The translations under genes and the position numbers were made by a program. A stretch of DNA of 64,000 nt, taken from positions 164 through 64,163 of the forward strand of contig CAIMEB010000160.1 in assembly GCA_903839855.1 (NCBI GenBank). Reading direction: 5' to 3'. The notes beneath the pieces were generated by a model. The model searched no databases, had not been told where the DNA came from, and saw only the letters and a program-made list of their open reading frames with translations. This document shows, one piece after another, positions 39,584 through 50,710 of this stretch (positions are counted from its first letter, which is position 1; each line of letters begins with the position of its first letter). This DNA is from an uncultured Methylococcaceae bacterium. Its GTDB lineage: Bacteria; Pseudomonadota; Gammaproteobacteria; Methylococcales; Methylomonadaceae.

Positions 39584-42229
39584 TTAACTATCCAACATTT
39601 TTAGTATTTCTCGGTGAATCTGGTGTTGTTTTTTGATATCGACAATCGGTTGTAATTGTTGATCGGTAATGTAAAACATATCTTCAGCACGACTACCGAT
39701 GGTTGTTATTTTTGCACTCAGTAAATTGACATCCTGATTAATAAAAGCACGGCCTATTTTTGACAAAAGCCCGGCATAATCAGTGGTAATAATTTCTATA
39801 ATGGTGTACCGATTTAAAGGGTCTGATATAAATTTAATGCTAGTTGGAATAGGGAAGTGTAGGGCTTGTCTTGATTTTGATTGTCGGTAAACATTGATAT
39901 GATCTTTTATTTCACCGTTTAATAAATTAGTCCGCAAAGCTGAACAGATATGAGCTTCTCGGCAAAACTCGTTAATAGGCTTGCCTGTTTGTTCCAACAC
40001 CTGGAAACTATTAAGTACATAGTTGTCTTGAGTGGTTATGATTCTGGCATCCAGAATAGTAAGACCTAATTGGTCTAGGGTGGCTGTACTAATTGAAAAA
40101 ATAGGCCCTTTATCTTTTGTATAAACAAAGACTTCCGCACTACCCCGTTGATTTTTGGAGCGCAGCAGTACTAAAGGCAGATCTATTTCTTTTGACGAGG
40201 CAATAGCAATGGTATGCCAGGCAATCTCATCCGCTGAATAACGTAAAAAATAATCGTCATTAGTATGTTGCCAGGCACTGTCTATGATTTCATTCGCAAT
40301 GCCGAGTTTAATCAGTTCATTCTTGGCTTCTTGCCTGTTTTCACGAATCCTGTCACATAAAGCAACAGGATTTTGAAGTCCTTGTTTTAGAGCATCTCGG
40401 GTTACCGAATATAATTCATTCAATAATGAGTTTTTCCAGGCGTTCCAAAGTTCTGGATTAGTGGCTCTAATATCAGCACCTGTGAGTAAGTACAAATGAT
40501 TCAGGTATTCAATGCTCCCCATTTTTTGGGCAAATTCATGAATGACATCAGGATCGCTAATATCTTTACGTTGAGCCGTCATAGACATAATCAAGTGGCT
40601 TTTAACGAGCCAGCTCACCAAATCAGTATCGTGACTAGAAAAGTCATGTTGAATACAAAAATTACGGGCAATATCTTCACCAATAACAGAATGATCACCG
40701 TTTAAGCCTTTGGCAATGTCATGGAAAAGAGCGGCAATATAAAGAACTTCGGGTTTTTCAATTTGTTTAAAGACAGTATTGCATAAAGGAAACTCGTTTT
40801 TATGCTCTTCTAATGCAAAACGACGTAAGTTACGAATCACAAATAGAGTGTGCTCATCGACCGTATAAATGTGAAATAGATCATATTGCATACGGGCAAC
40901 AATGTTAGCAAAGTGGGGTAAATACGCGGCGAGTATGTCATAGCGATTCATCCGTCTTAATTCGTGAGTTAAGCCGCGCGGCCTGCGAAATATTTCTATA
41001 AATAATTGATTGGCTTTTTTGTCATTTCTAAAATCTTCATCGATTAAATACAGATTTTTGCGAATGAGGCGTAAGGTATTAGCACGGATACCGATCAACG
41101 ATGGATTGAGTTGGAGCAATAAGAAAACTTCTAGTAAGGTGAGTGGATACTGCTCAAATAAGTTATTATTGACGGCTTCAAGGTAGCCATTAATGGCAAT
41201 AAATTTGTCGTTAATAACGATTGTTTTGCTGACTGCTTCACCCGTGATAAAGCGCTCATTAAAAAGCTGCAATAACATTTCATTAAGTCGTTCAAGTCCT
41301 TGTACCGTTTTAAAATAAAACTGCATAAACTGCTCAACATCCTGGTTGCAACCTTTATTTTCTGAACTAAAGCCGAATTGTTTGGCTAAATCATGTTGAT
41401 AATCAAAAATAAGCCTGTTTTCTGCGCGATTGGTTAATAGATGTAGGGCGTAACGAATTCGCCAGAGTACATCTCGTGCAGAGATGAGTTCGGCATATTC
41501 AGCTTCGGGTAAGAAGCCGTATTTTATGAGTTCTTTTAGTGTTGAAGAGTTGTAGTGGCGCTTAAAAACCCATGCTATCACTTGCATATCGCGCAAGCCG
41601 CCAGGGCCTTCTTTGATGTTAGGTTCCAAGTTATAAGCCGTTTCATGGAATTTTGCGTAGCGCAGTCGCTGCTCTTCCATTTTAGCTGCGAAAAATTGAT
41701 CAGATGACCATATTTTATCGGGTGTAATGCTTAATTTGAGTTCTTGATATAGCGCTGTTGATCCAGCTATCAGGCTTATTTCCATTAGACTGGTCATAAT
41801 CGTTTGATCACTAATAGCCACTGCTATACATTCCTCAACCGTGCGGACACTATGACCAAGTTTGAGACCTATATCCCAGAGAAAGGTGAATAAGTTGCTT
41901 AGCTTTTCCTGATAAGGCGTTGTATCTTCAGAATCCAGCAGAATAACGATGTCGATATCTGAATGTGGAAACAGCTCTCTGCGCCCAAAGCCACCTACAG
42001 CGCATAAAGCCAATTGTTTTGCGTATGATCCTAAAAAATGATCCCAACAAACACTGAGAATCAGATCAATAAAATCTGATTTTTCTTTAAGAAGTTCTGA
42101 AACAGACTGATAGGGATTAAACTTTAGTTTTAATTCAATATCTTTTTGTTTGATGAGTCCTTTGAAATGCGATAAGCAGTCTGTTTTTTCAAAAACACTA
42201 ACATTGATATATTTATTCAAGGTGGTCAC
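39584..42229 (-). CDS. glnD: PII uridylyltransferase/uridylyl-removing enzyme
   Basis: AVGGFGR.EL.PHSDIDI, EPNIKEGPGGLRD, YTVDEH..HD domain (LFHDIAKG), two ACT domains (IGSRAEDMF). Confidence 0.97.
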   Translation of the reverse strand: MTTLNKYINVSVFEKTDCLSHFKGLIKQKDIELKLKFNPYQSVSELLKEKSDFIDLILSVCWDHFLGSYAKQLALCAVGGFGRRELFPHSDIDIVILLDSEDTTPYQEKLSNLFTFLWDIGLKLGHSVRTVEECIAVAISDQTIMTSLMEISLIAGSTALYQELKLSITPDKIWSSDQFFAAKMEEQRLRYAKFHETAYNLEPNIKEGPGGLRDMQVIAWVFKRHYNSSTLKELIKYGFLPEAEYAELISARDVLWRIRYALHLLTNRAENRLIFDYQHDLAKQFGFSSENKGCNQDVEQFMQFYFKTVQGLERLNEMLLQLFNERFITGEAVSKTIVINDKFIAINGYLEAVNNNLFEQYPLTLLEVFLLLQLNPSLIGIRANTLRLIRKNLYLIDEDFRNDKKANQLFIEIFRRPRGLTHELRRMNRYDILAAYLPHFANIVARMQYDLFHIYTVDEHTLFVIRNLRRFALEEHKNEFPLCNTVFKQIEKPEVLYIAALFHDIAKGLNGDHSVIGEDIARNFCIQHDFSSHDTDLVSWLVKSHLIMSMTAQRKDISDPDVIHEFAQKMGSIEYLNHLYLLTGADIRATNPELWNAWKNSLLNELYSVTRDALKQGLQNPVALCDRIRENRQEAKNELIKLGIANEIIDSAWQHTNDDYFLRYSADEIAWHTIAIASSKEIDLPLVLLRSKNQRGSAEVFVYTKDKGPIFSISTATLDQLGLTILDARIITTQDNYVLNSFQVLEQTGKPINEFCREAHICSALRTNLLNGEIKDHINVYRQSKSRQALHFPIPTSIKFISDPLNRYTIIEIITTDYAGLLSKIGRAFINQDVNLLSAKITTIGSRAEDMFYITDQQLQPIVDIKKQHQIHREILKMLDS

Positions 42230-42989
42230 ACTCTTCTTTGCGTAAAGTCAGAATTTCATAGCCGTCCATTGTTACTAAAATAGTATGCTCGAATTGTGCT
42301 GATAAACTTCGATCTTTAGTAACGGCTGTCCAGCCATCAGACAGAACTTTAACCTCTTTTTTACCCAAATTAATCATCGGTTCGATGGTAATGATCATAC
42401 CTGCCTCAAGTTCTAATCCAGTACCTGCCTTGCCGTAATGCAAGACTTGAGGTTCTTCGTGAAACTTCTTGCCAATACCATGTCCACAAAAATCTCTGAC
42501 CACTGAATACCGATTGGATTCGGCATGTGTTTGGATAGCGTGACCGATATCACCTAGTTTTGCACCGGCTTTAACCTGTCTTATGCCCATGAACATCGCT
42601 TCTTCTGTTATTTTAATAAGTCGCCTGGCATGTGGACTGACGTCACCAATACAAAACATTTTGCTAGTATCGCCATGATAGCCATCTTTAATAACGGTAA
42701 TATCGATATTGACAATATCGCCCGATTTAAGTTTTTTGTCGCAAGGAATGCCATGACAAACAGTTTGATTTATTGAGGTACAGATTGACTTTGGAAAACC
42801 GTGATAATTAAGCGGTGCAGGAATTGCCTCCTGATGATTAACGATGTAATCGTGACAAATTTGGTCGATCTCATTTGTTGTTACGCCCGGGACAACAAAA
42901 GGTTCTATCATTTCTAGTACATCAGCTGCGAGTCTTCCGGCAATGCGCATTTTTTCGATTTCAGTAGGGGTTTTTAGGGTGATACTCAT
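42213..42989 (-). CDS. map: Methionine aminopeptidase type I
   Basis: CTSINQTVCHGIP, NIDIT..GYHGDTS, GHGIG, IEPMIN, SAQFEHT. Confidence 0.97.
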   Translation of the reverse strand: MSITLKTPTEIEKMRIAGRLAADVLEMIEPFVVPGVTTNEIDQICHDYIVNHQEAIPAPLNYHGFPKSICTSINQTVCHGIPCDKKLKSGDIVNIDITVIKDGYHGDTSKMFCIGDVSPHARRLIKITEEAMFMGIRQVKAGAKLGDIGHAIQTHAESNRYSVVRDFCGHGIGKKFHEEPQVLHYGKAGTGLELEAGMIITIEPMINLGKKEVKVLSDGWTAVTKDRSLSAQFEHTILVTMDGYEILTLRKEECDHLE

Positions 42990-43137
42990 AGGCGTTTCAT
43001 TATTTTTAAGTGTCAGGGATTAAGGTTCAAGTAATGTGTTTTTTACCTTGTACCCGTAAATGAGGGAATTTTAACAGAGGTTTGCTTGTTGTAAAAAGTA
43101 AATTATGGTATAAAGTTAAGTTCATTTTTGTAAAAAA

Positions 43138-43225
43138 TACTCACGCTTATCGTCACGTTTGATAGGGTGCTGACTTCTTCATTGAAGTTGGTTATCAGAC
43201 GGGGTAGGCGGAGGCATAACCCAAC
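43138..43225 (+). ncRNA. rpsB 5' leader (t44 / ribosomal protein S2 autoregulatory RNA)
   Basis: Conserved agggtgc...ggaggcataacccaac blocks upstream of rpsB; extended -10 TGGTATAA at 43106-43113. Confidence 0.8.
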
Positions 43226-43266
43226 TCGGAATAACAAGTTCCGACTTTAAAACTTAGGAGAAATAA

Positions 43267-44013
43267 ATGGCAGCAGTATCCATGCGTCAAATGCTTGAAG
43301 CGGGTGTTCATTTTGGACATCAAACTCGTTATTGGAATCCAAAAATGGAAACATATCTATTTGGAGCCCGTAATAAAATCCATATTATTAATCTGGAAAA
43401 AACGCTTCCAATGTTTAATGATGCTATGAATTATCTGGGTCAGATGACAGCAAACAAAGGCACTATTTTGTTTGTAGGCACTAAAAAGTCAGCACGTAAA
43501 GTGGTTGCAGAACAAGCAACGCTCTGTGGCATGCCTTATGTTAACCATCGTTGGTTAGGTGGCATGATGACAAACTTTAAAACGATTAAAAAATCGATCA
43601 ATCGTCTTAAAGAATTAGAAGCAATGAAAGCTGACGGTACACTTTATCAACGTTTCGGAAAAAAAGAAGCGTTAGGTATGGAACGTGAACTTGAAAAATT
43701 AGAGCGCAGTCTTGGTGGTATTAAAGATATGAAAGGCGTTCCTGATGTGATTTTTGTACTTGACGTCGGCTATGAAAAAAATGCCATCAGTGAAGCAAAA
43801 AAATTAGGCATTCCAGTCGTTGGTGTTGTTGATTCTAATAATTCACCTGAAAAAATTGATTATATTATCCCTGGCAACGACGATTCTATTCGTGCGGTTA
43901 AGCTTTACTGTGAAAGTGTTTCTTCAGCCGTTTTGGAAGCTAAAGGCGCAACCTTAAGTTTATCATCAAAGCCAGATGACTTTGTTGAGGAAGCAGCGAC
44001 GGCAACAAATTAA
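43267..44013 (+). CDS. rpsB: 30S ribosomal protein S2
   Basis: [38 protein letters not shown]. Confidence 0.99.
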   Translation: MAAVSMRQMLEAGVHFGHQTRYWNPKMETYLFGARNKIHIINLEKTLPMFNDAMNYLGQMTANKGTILFVGTKKSARKVVAEQATLCGMPYVNHRWLGGMMTNFKTIKKSINRLKELEAMKADGTLYQRFGKKEALGMERELEKLERSLGGIKDMKGVPDVIFVLDVGYEKNAISEAKKLGIPVVGVVDSNNSPEKIDYIIPGNDDSIRAVKLYCESVSSAVLEAKGATLSLSSKPDDFVEEAATATN

Positions 44014-44083
44014 TTAAACGTTTAACCTTTAGAGTATTACTTTAAACTTACTTTAAATAAAGGTTAAAGGTAGCTTAGGCAAA

Positions 44084-44110
44084 AAAACGCCTCCTTTTGG
44101 GGGCGTTTTT
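44084..44110 (+). terminator. Intrinsic terminator/attenuator between rpsB and tsf
   Basis: aaaacgcctcc-tttt-gggggcgtttt stem with U-tracts on both strands. Confidence 0.75.
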
Positions 44111-44140
44111 ATAGTGATGATATATTGAGGAAATACAGAA

Positions 44141-45031
44141 ATGAGTATTACAATTAGTGCAGGAATGGTTAAGGAACTACGTGAAAGAACGGGCTCCGGT
44201 ATGATGGAGTGCAAGAAAGCGTTAGTTGAAGCCAATGGTGACATGGAGTTAGCGATTGAGAATATGCGTAAAGCAGGTTTAGCTAAGGCTGATAAAAAAT
44301 CAGGCCGTATTGCTGCTGAGGGTATTATTGGTGTTAAAGTCAGTGAAGATGGTAAAGCAGTCGCTATTGTTGATATAAATTGTGAAACTGATTTTGTTGC
44401 AAAGGCAGATGGTTTTGTTAACTTTGTAAATAGTGTGACCGCTGCTTTATTAAATGCAGATCACATTGATACAGAAGCGGATTTGTTGGCTATGCCTTTA
44501 GAAGACGGTGTCACTGTTGACGAAATACGTCGCGGACTTATTTCAACTTTAGGTGAAAATATTACTGTTAGACGCTTTGAAAGATTTAAAACAGACGAAG
44601 GTGGAACAGCTTGCTATTTGCACGGCAGTAAGATTGGTGTGATTGTAGAATTAGCGACACCTGACAATGAATTAGGTAAAGATATTGCCATGCATATTGC
44701 GGCGAGCAAACCTCATTATGTGGCTGAAGAACATGTACCCACTGATATCATTGAAAAAGAAAAAGAGATTTTTCGTGCCCTATCTGCTGAAAGCGGTAAA
44801 TCAGCTGATATCATAGAAAAAATGATTACTGGACAGATTAGAAAGTTTTTAGCTGAAGTGACTTTATTGGGTCAACCTTTTATTAAAGATGATAAAGTAA
44901 CTGTTGGTAAATTAGTCGAATCAAAAGGTAATAAAGCTGTTCGCTTCACCCGTTTTGAAGTGGGTGAGGGTATTGAGAAAAAAGAAGAAAACTTTGCCGA
45001 AGAAGTCATGGCACAAGTTAGAGGCATTTAA
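44141..45031 (+). CDS. tsf: Elongation factor Ts
   Basis: VKELRERTGSGMMECKKAL, INCETDFV, LLGQPFIKD, RFEVGEG. Confidence 0.99.
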   Translation: MSITISAGMVKELRERTGSGMMECKKALVEANGDMELAIENMRKAGLAKADKKSGRIAAEGIIGVKVSEDGKAVAIVDINCETDFVAKADGFVNFVNSVTAALLNADHIDTEADLLAMPLEDGVTVDEIRRGLISTLGENITVRRFERFKTDEGGTACYLHGSKIGVIVELATPDNELGKDIAMHIAASKPHYVAEEHVPTDIIEKEKEIFRALSAESGKSADIIEKMITGQIRKFLAEVTLLGQPFIKDDKVTVGKLVESKGNKAVRFTRFEVGEGIEKKEENFAEEVMAQVRGI

Positions 45032-45128
45032 GGCAAGTTGTTTTGGGTTGCTACTGGTCAGCAACCCAATTCATGTATCTGTAATTGTTGGATTATAATA
45101 TCCAACCGAAAATTTTGAGCCCGATAAT

Positions 45129-45857
45129 ATGATGAGTAAACCAATTTACCAAAGAATTTTGCTTAAATTAAGCGGCGAAGCTTTGATGAGCGAGACGGGA
45201 GGCAGTATTGATTCTGATATTATCAAACGTTTAGCTAATGAAATCAAAGAACTGTGCGAGTTAGGTATCCAGGTTGGTTTAGTCATTGGTGGTGGCAATA
45301 TTTTAAGAGGCGCAGAAAAAGCTGCCGAAGGTTTAGATAGAGTGACTAGTGATCAAATGGGTATGTTAGCCACTGTTATCAATGCGTTAGCCATGCAAGA
45401 AGCATTAGAGTCTCATGGTCAGCAGGTCAGAGTTATGTCTGCACTTAAAATCAATCAAGTCTGTGAAGATTACATTCGCCGTCGCGCCGTTCGACATTTA
45501 GAAAAAGGTCGTGTGGTTGTTTTTGCTGCGGGTACAGGCAATCCATTTTTCACTACAGACTCAGCTGCAAGTTTGAGAGCCATTGAAATAAATGCAGAGC
45601 TAATGATTAAGGCGACTAAAGTTAAAGGCGTTTACTCGGCTGATCCTGCAAAAGTTAAAGATGCTGTGTTTTATCCACGATTAACCTATGACGAAGCGCT
45701 AGATCAGCGTCTTAATGTCATGGATACCACTGCATTGGTATTATGTAGGGATAACAATGTGCCGATGCGAGTAATGAATATTTTTGAACAAGGCGCTGTC
45801 TTGAGATTAATGATGGGCGAAGAGATTGGCTCACTTATAGAGCGAGGAACAAACTGA
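45129..45857 (+). CDS. pyrH: UMP kinase
   Basis: [36 protein letters not shown]. Confidence 0.98.
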   Translation: MMSKPIYQRILLKLSGEALMSETGGSIDSDIIKRLANEIKELCELGIQVGLVIGGGNILRGAEKAAEGLDRVTSDQMGMLATVINALAMQEALESHGQQVRVMSALKINQVCEDYIRRRAVRHLEKGRVVVFAAGTGNPFFTTDSAASLRAIEINAELMIKATKVKGVYSADPAKVKDAVFYPRLTYDEALDQRLNVMDTTALVLCRDNNVPMRVMNIFEQGAVLRLMMGEEIGSLIERGTN

Positions 45858-46414
45858 TGATTAGTGATATTCAACAAGATGCAGCAACCCGCATGGGTAA
45901 GAGTATTGAATCTTTAAAACATGAGTTTTCAAAAATCAGGACGGGCAGGGCGCATCCTAGTTTGTTAGATCAAATTAGCGTGACCTATTATGGTACAGAG
46001 TCATCTTTGTCACAAGTAGCTAACATAGCCGTTGAAGATGCGCGTACCCTCACTATTACTCCTTGGGAAAAAGGGATGGTGCAGGCCATTGAAAAGGCAA
46101 TCTTAAAATCAGACCTTGGCTTAAATCCTGCGACAAATGGTATGACTATTAGAATACCCTTGCCAGCACTGACGGAAGAACGTCGACGAGCTTTAGTTAA
46201 AGTGGTAAAAAATGAATCTGAAAATGGACGTGTAGCAATTAGAAATATCCGCCGCGATGCTAATTCGGAAATAAAAGAAGCGTTGAAAGAAAAGTTGATT
46301 TCGGAAGATGAGGCTCGCGTAGCAGAAGAAAAAATCCAAAAGATAACAGATCAATATGTTAAAGAAGTTGAAAAACTACTGGAAGCTAAAGAGGCCGATC
46401 TTTTATCTATCTAA
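45857..46414 (+). CDS. frr: Ribosome recycling factor
   Basis: [32 protein letters not shown]. Confidence 0.98.
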   Translation: MISDIQQDAATRMGKSIESLKHEFSKIRTGRAHPSLLDQISVTYYGTESSLSQVANIAVEDARTLTITPWEKGMVQAIEKAILKSDLGLNPATNGMTIRIPLPALTEERRRALVKVVKNESENGRVAIRNIRRDANSEIKEALKEKLISEDEARVAEEKIQKITDQYVKEVEKLLEAKEADLLSI

Positions 46415-46420
46415 TGGATC

Positions 46421-47176
46421 GTGATAATGCCTAACGAATTTAAGGAATTACAGTCGGATAATAATCCACGTCATATCGCCATTATTATGGATGGTAATGG
46501 TCGGTGGGCGCAAAAAAGATTTATGCCTAGAGCGATTGGGCATAGAGCGGGTGTAAAAACAGTCAAAAAAATTACAGAATATTGTACTAAAAGCAGTGTC
46601 GAAGTACTGACTTTATTTGCTTTTAGTAGTGAAAATTGGCGTAGACCAGAATCTGAGGTTAAGCTGTTAATGGCGCTTTTTATGTCATCACTGCAAAAAG
46701 AGATTGATAAATTGCACAACAACAATATTCGATTACGGTTTATTGGCGATAGGTCTGCGTTTCCTGAGAGTTTGCAGCAAAAAATGATAGATAGCGAGAT
46801 ACAGACTCGAGCTAATACCGCATTGACATTAGTTATTGCCGTTAATTACGGCGGACATTGGGATATGTGTCAGGCGTTCCAGAAAATAGCTGGAAAAATA
46901 GCGGATGGCGTTTTAGACCAGCAAGACATCAATGAGCAGTTGATTGAGCAACATCTATCCACAGCGGGCTTACCAGACCCGGATTTATTTATAAGAACCG
47001 GTGGAGAACAAAGAGTTAGCAATTTTTTATTATGGCAATTAGCCTATACAGAAATGTATTTTACAACGACACTTTGGCCGGATTTCGATCAAAGTTCCCT
47101 TGAAGACGCTATCAAGAGTTTTAAGGGTCGGCAACGACGCTTTGGACACACCAGTGAACAGGTTCTTAATAAATGA
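46421..47176 (+). CDS. uppS: Undecaprenyl diphosphate synthase
   Basis: HIAIIMDGNGRWA, FAFSSENWRRP, DLFIRTGGE.RVSNFLLWQ. Confidence 0.97.
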   Translation: MIMPNEFKELQSDNNPRHIAIIMDGNGRWAQKRFMPRAIGHRAGVKTVKKITEYCTKSSVEVLTLFAFSSENWRRPESEVKLLMALFMSSLQKEIDKLHNNNIRLRFIGDRSAFPESLQQKMIDSEIQTRANTALTLVIAVNYGGHWDMCQAFQKIAGKIADGVLDQQDINEQLIEQHLSTAGLPDPDLFIRTGGEQRVSNFLLWQLAYTEMYFTTTLWPDFDQSSLEDAIKSFKGRQRRFGHTSEQVLNK

Positions 47177-47213
47177 GTCTCTTTATAACTTTATTACCCA
47201 ATAGCTTACAAAA

Positions 47214-48086
47214 ATGTTAATAAAACGAATTATTACCGCATCAGTTCTTGCTACCCTGATTGCGTTAGCAGTATTCAAACTACCCATAGAATTTTTTTCA
47301 TTATTGATAGGCATAATAACGCTATTGGGTGCATGGGAGTGGACTAATCTTGCTGGCATTTCGTCTACCTACAAACGAATATTGTTTTTGTTGGCATTAA
47401 TTTTACCCATGTTAGGCATTCATTTCTGGACACAACTTCTTGAGTTCGTTGCTCAAATTACCGACTGGCCTGATGTAAGAGACTATTCTGGTGCTTTAGA
47501 ATGGTTAGTTATACCGCCTGTGCTGTTTTGGATATTGGTGATGATTTTAATCAGGAATACTCCTGCAGGTGTATTAAATCTGCAATTAAAAACACGCTAT
47601 AAAGGTTTGATCGGTTGGTTTATTTTATTGTCGGCCTGGATGTTCCTGTCAAGATTAAGAACCTTATATGGTACGGAAATGACCATGTATTTTCTAATCC
47701 TGATTTGGGTTGCCGATATCACTGCATTCTTTGCTGGAAAAAAATGGGGCGTGACTAAACTGGCACCAGAAATAAGTCCTGGTAAGACAGTTGCAGGGAT
47801 GTATGGCGCTCTAATTTCTGGTTTGGTCTGTGGTTCTATCTTAAGTTTGATTTATAAATTTCAACCGATGATTGCCTCAGATTTTATTTTGTTATCTGTG
47901 TTAACAGTTTTGATTTCTATTTATGGTGACTTATTTATTAGCGTTGTAAAGCGTCAATGCGGTGTCAAAGATAGTGGTACATTATTGCCTGGTCATGGTG
48001 GTATTTTAGACAGGATTGATAGTCTAATTGCAGCCATTCCTTTTTTCTACGGCTGTATATATTTCGTTTATAGGTTAGTTTCATGA
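47214..48086 (+). CDS. cdsA: Phosphatidate cytidylyltransferase
   Basis: [33 protein letters not shown]. Confidence 0.95.
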   Translation: MLIKRIITASVLATLIALAVFKLPIEFFSLLIGIITLLGAWEWTNLAGISSTYKRILFLLALILPMLGIHFWTQLLEFVAQITDWPDVRDYSGALEWLVIPPVLFWILVMILIRNTPAGVLNLQLKTRYKGLIGWFILLSAWMFLSRLRTLYGTEMTMYFLILIWVADITAFFAGKKWGVTKLAPEISPGKTVAGMYGALISGLVCGSILSLIYKFQPMIASDFILLSVLTVLISIYGDLFISVVKRQCGVKDSGTLLPGHGGILDRIDSLIAAIPFFYGCIYFVYRLVS

Positions 48087-49267
48087 AAGGGATCTGCATA
48101 CTGGGTGCGACCGGTTCTATTGGCGTTAGTACGTTAGATGTTGCTGCTAGGCATTTAGACTTATATAACGTAGTTGCTTTGACTGCAAATAACAATATTG
48201 ATTTGCTTTATGATCAATGTCTGGTTCATCATCCTGAATACGTTGTTGTCGTTGATGAGATTAAAGCCTTAGCTTTTTCTGAAAAAATAAAAGACACTAT
48301 TATTGCTAATATTAAAGTCCTTTCAGGAGCAGAGTCATTAGAATTTGTTGCAACGCTGGACGCTGTTGATTCGGTAATGGCTGCAATTGTAGGTGCTGCT
48401 GGCTTGTTGCCTAGTTTAGCCGCAGCAAAAGCGGGTAAAACAATTCTATTAGCGAATAAAGAAGCGTTGGTGATGTCAGGCAATATTTTTATGCAAGCTG
48501 TGGCAGAGTCTGGGGCACAGTTGTTGCCTATTGATAGTGAACATAACGCTATTTTTCAATGTATGCCGGCAGGTTATAAATCAGGTATGCAGGCAAAACA
48601 GGCTAGACGGATTTTATTGACAGCTTCTGGAGGGCCGTTTCGTGAAATGCCGATTGAGCAATTGATTCATGTAACCCCGGCACAAGCGGTTGCTCATCCC
48701 AATTGGGATATGGGTAGAAAAATCTCCGTGGACTCAGCAACGATGATGAATAAAGGTCTCGAAATGATCGAAGCCTGTATTTTATTTGCTATGCAGCCCG
48801 ATCAAATTCAGGTAGTTATTCACCCTCAAAGTATTATTCATTCGATGGTCGATTACATTGATGGGACAGTGTTGGCGCAAATGGGTAATCCAGACATGCG
48901 CGTTCCCATTGCCTATTCAATGGCTTGGCCTGAGCGTTTTGAATCAGGCGTGGAACCTTTAAATATTTTTGACGTCGGACGTATGGACTTTGATGAACCC
49001 AATTTAGAACGCTTTCCGTGTTTACGTCTTGCTTATAAAGCTATACGCCTTGGCGGAATAATCCCTACCGTATTAAATGCAGCCAATGAAATTGCTGTAG
49101 ATGCCTTTTTAAAGGAACAAGTACGCTTCACTGATATTCCATTAATCATCGAGCGTTGTATGGATCAATTTGAAGTAAAGCCAGCTGAAACGTTGACTGT
49201 TATTTTAGAGAGTGATAAACAAGCTAGAATAGTATCTAAACAAGTCATTGCCGAGCTGACCCATTAA
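48083..49267 (+). CDS. dxr: 1-deoxy-D-xylulose-5-phosphate reductoisomerase
   Basis: [47 protein letters not shown]. Confidence 0.98.
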   Translation: MKGICILGATGSIGVSTLDVAARHLDLYNVVALTANNNIDLLYDQCLVHHPEYVVVVDEIKALAFSEKIKDTIIANIKVLSGAESLEFVATLDAVDSVMAAIVGAAGLLPSLAAAKAGKTILLANKEALVMSGNIFMQAVAESGAQLLPIDSEHNAIFQCMPAGYKSGMQAKQARRILLTASGGPFREMPIEQLIHVTPAQAVAHPNWDMGRKISVDSATMMNKGLEMIEACILFAMQPDQIQVVIHPQSIIHSMVDYIDGTVLAQMGNPDMRVPIAYSMAWPERFESGVEPLNIFDVGRMDFDEPNLERFPCLRLAYKAIRLGGIIPTVLNAANEIAVDAFLKEQVRFTDIPLIIERCMDQFEVKPAETLTVILESDKQARIVSKQVIAELTH

Positions 49268-50628
49268 TGGATTTACTTCATAAATTATTTTATTTCGTTA
49301 TCACTATTGGTGTACTGGTTTCATTTCATGAATTCGGTCATTTTTGGGTAGCTCGTAAATCGGGAGTAAAGGTTCTTCGCTTTTCAATAGGCTTTGGAAA
49401 GGTTTTATGGTCTTACCAAAAGCATGCTGAAACAACGGAATATGTTTTATCAGCTATTCCTCTGGGTGGTTATGTCAAGATGGTTGATGAAAGAGAAGGT
49501 CCGGTTAAAACCGAAGATTTAGCCTCTGCTTTCAATAGAAAATCCGTTTTGGCAAGGACAGCGATAGTGGCGGCAGGGCCAATATTTAATTTACTTCTTG
49601 CTGTTGTTTTATTTTGGGGAGCTTTAGTGATTGGTGAGACCGGAACGAAACCAATCATTGGTCAAGTCGGGCAGGGCACACTGGCGTATGATTCAGGCTT
49701 TACCGAAGGCGATGAAATTATTTCGGTTAACGAGAAAGCAACGCCAACCTGGACTGAAGCCATAAGCGTCATTATTGCCTCAGCATTAGAGGGCAATCAA
49801 TCGATTACGGTTAACGTCAAAAACCTGGATGAAAAGCAAAGCGTAAAAGTGATTACACCTACTGAAGACAGCATTAAGAATCCAGATTTACTGTATCAAA
49901 AACTGGGCTTTAAGCCTTGGTCCCCTCAATTAAAGCCTATCATAGGTAAGGTGTTACCGGATAGTGCTGCACTTGCGTCAGGTTTAAAAAAGGGTGATCT
50001 ACTTATAAGTGCTAATAGTGTTCCCATTAATGATTGGAAGCAATGGGTTGATATTGTTAGAGCCAATCCTGACATATCTATAGACTTAAAAATAGAACGT
50101 GATGGTGTACAAATTCCGATCAATATTACCCCAAAAAGCGTTCAGGTTGAGCAAAAATCAGAAGGAAAAATTGGAGCTTCTGTATATATTCCCGAAGAGT
50201 TAATCAAGTCAGTTAGCGCTGAATATTCCCTTGACCCCTTGGCTGCGATCCCGGTTGCTTTTGAAACAACCTGGTATTACTCTTCTTCAACATTAAAAAT
50301 GATGAGTAAGATGTTAATAGGCAAAGCTTCTGTAGATAATTTAAGCGGCCCTATCAGTATTGCTCAATATGCTGGAGAATCAGCAGATATGGGTTTCGTT
50401 TCATTCATTAAGTTTATGGCGTTATTGAGTGTCAGTCTTGGGGTTATTAATTTATTTCCTGTGCCTGTTCTTGATGGTGGACATTTAATGTTTTTTGCCT
50501 TAGAAGCGATTCGGAGAAAACCGGTCTCAGAGAAAATTCAAGGCTTTTTTCAACAGGCAGGTATGGTTTTTCTATTATCGTTAATGTCTTTAGCGATGTT
50601 TCTGGATATTCAACGATTATTTCACTAA
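49267..50628 (+). CDS. rseP: RIP metalloprotease RseP
   Basis: HEFGH zinc motif, two PDZ domains, NLFPVPVLDGGH. Confidence 0.96.
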   Translation: MDLLHKLFYFVITIGVLVSFHEFGHFWVARKSGVKVLRFSIGFGKVLWSYQKHAETTEYVLSAIPLGGYVKMVDEREGPVKTEDLASAFNRKSVLARTAIVAAGPIFNLLLAVVLFWGALVIGETGTKPIIGQVGQGTLAYDSGFTEGDEIISVNEKATPTWTEAISVIIASALEGNQSITVNVKNLDEKQSVKVITPTEDSIKNPDLLYQKLGFKPWSPQLKPIIGKVLPDSAALASGLKKGDLLISANSVPINDWKQWVDIVRANPDISIDLKIERDGVQIPINITPKSVQVEQKSEGKIGASVYIPEELIKSVSAEYSLDPLAAIPVAFETTWYYSSSTLKMMSKMLIGKASVDNLSGPISIAQYAGESADMGFVSFIKFMALLSVSLGVINLFPVPVLDGGHLMFFALEAIRRKPVSEKIQGFFQQAGMVFLLSLMSLAMFLDIQRLFH

Positions 50629-50634
50629 TCAAAA

Positions 50635-50663
50635 CTTAATAACATTAAGCTTAATAACATTAA
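50635..50663. repeat. Tandem 14-bp direct repeat (cttaataacattaa x2) upstream of dsbC
   Basis: Exact copies at 50635-50648 and 50650-50663; each contains TTAAT-aac-ATTAA dyad symmetry. Confidence 0.8.
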
Positions 50664-50710
50664 ACTGATATAAAACCATTTAATTATTTAATAAATTATT
50701 TAAGGAAAAA

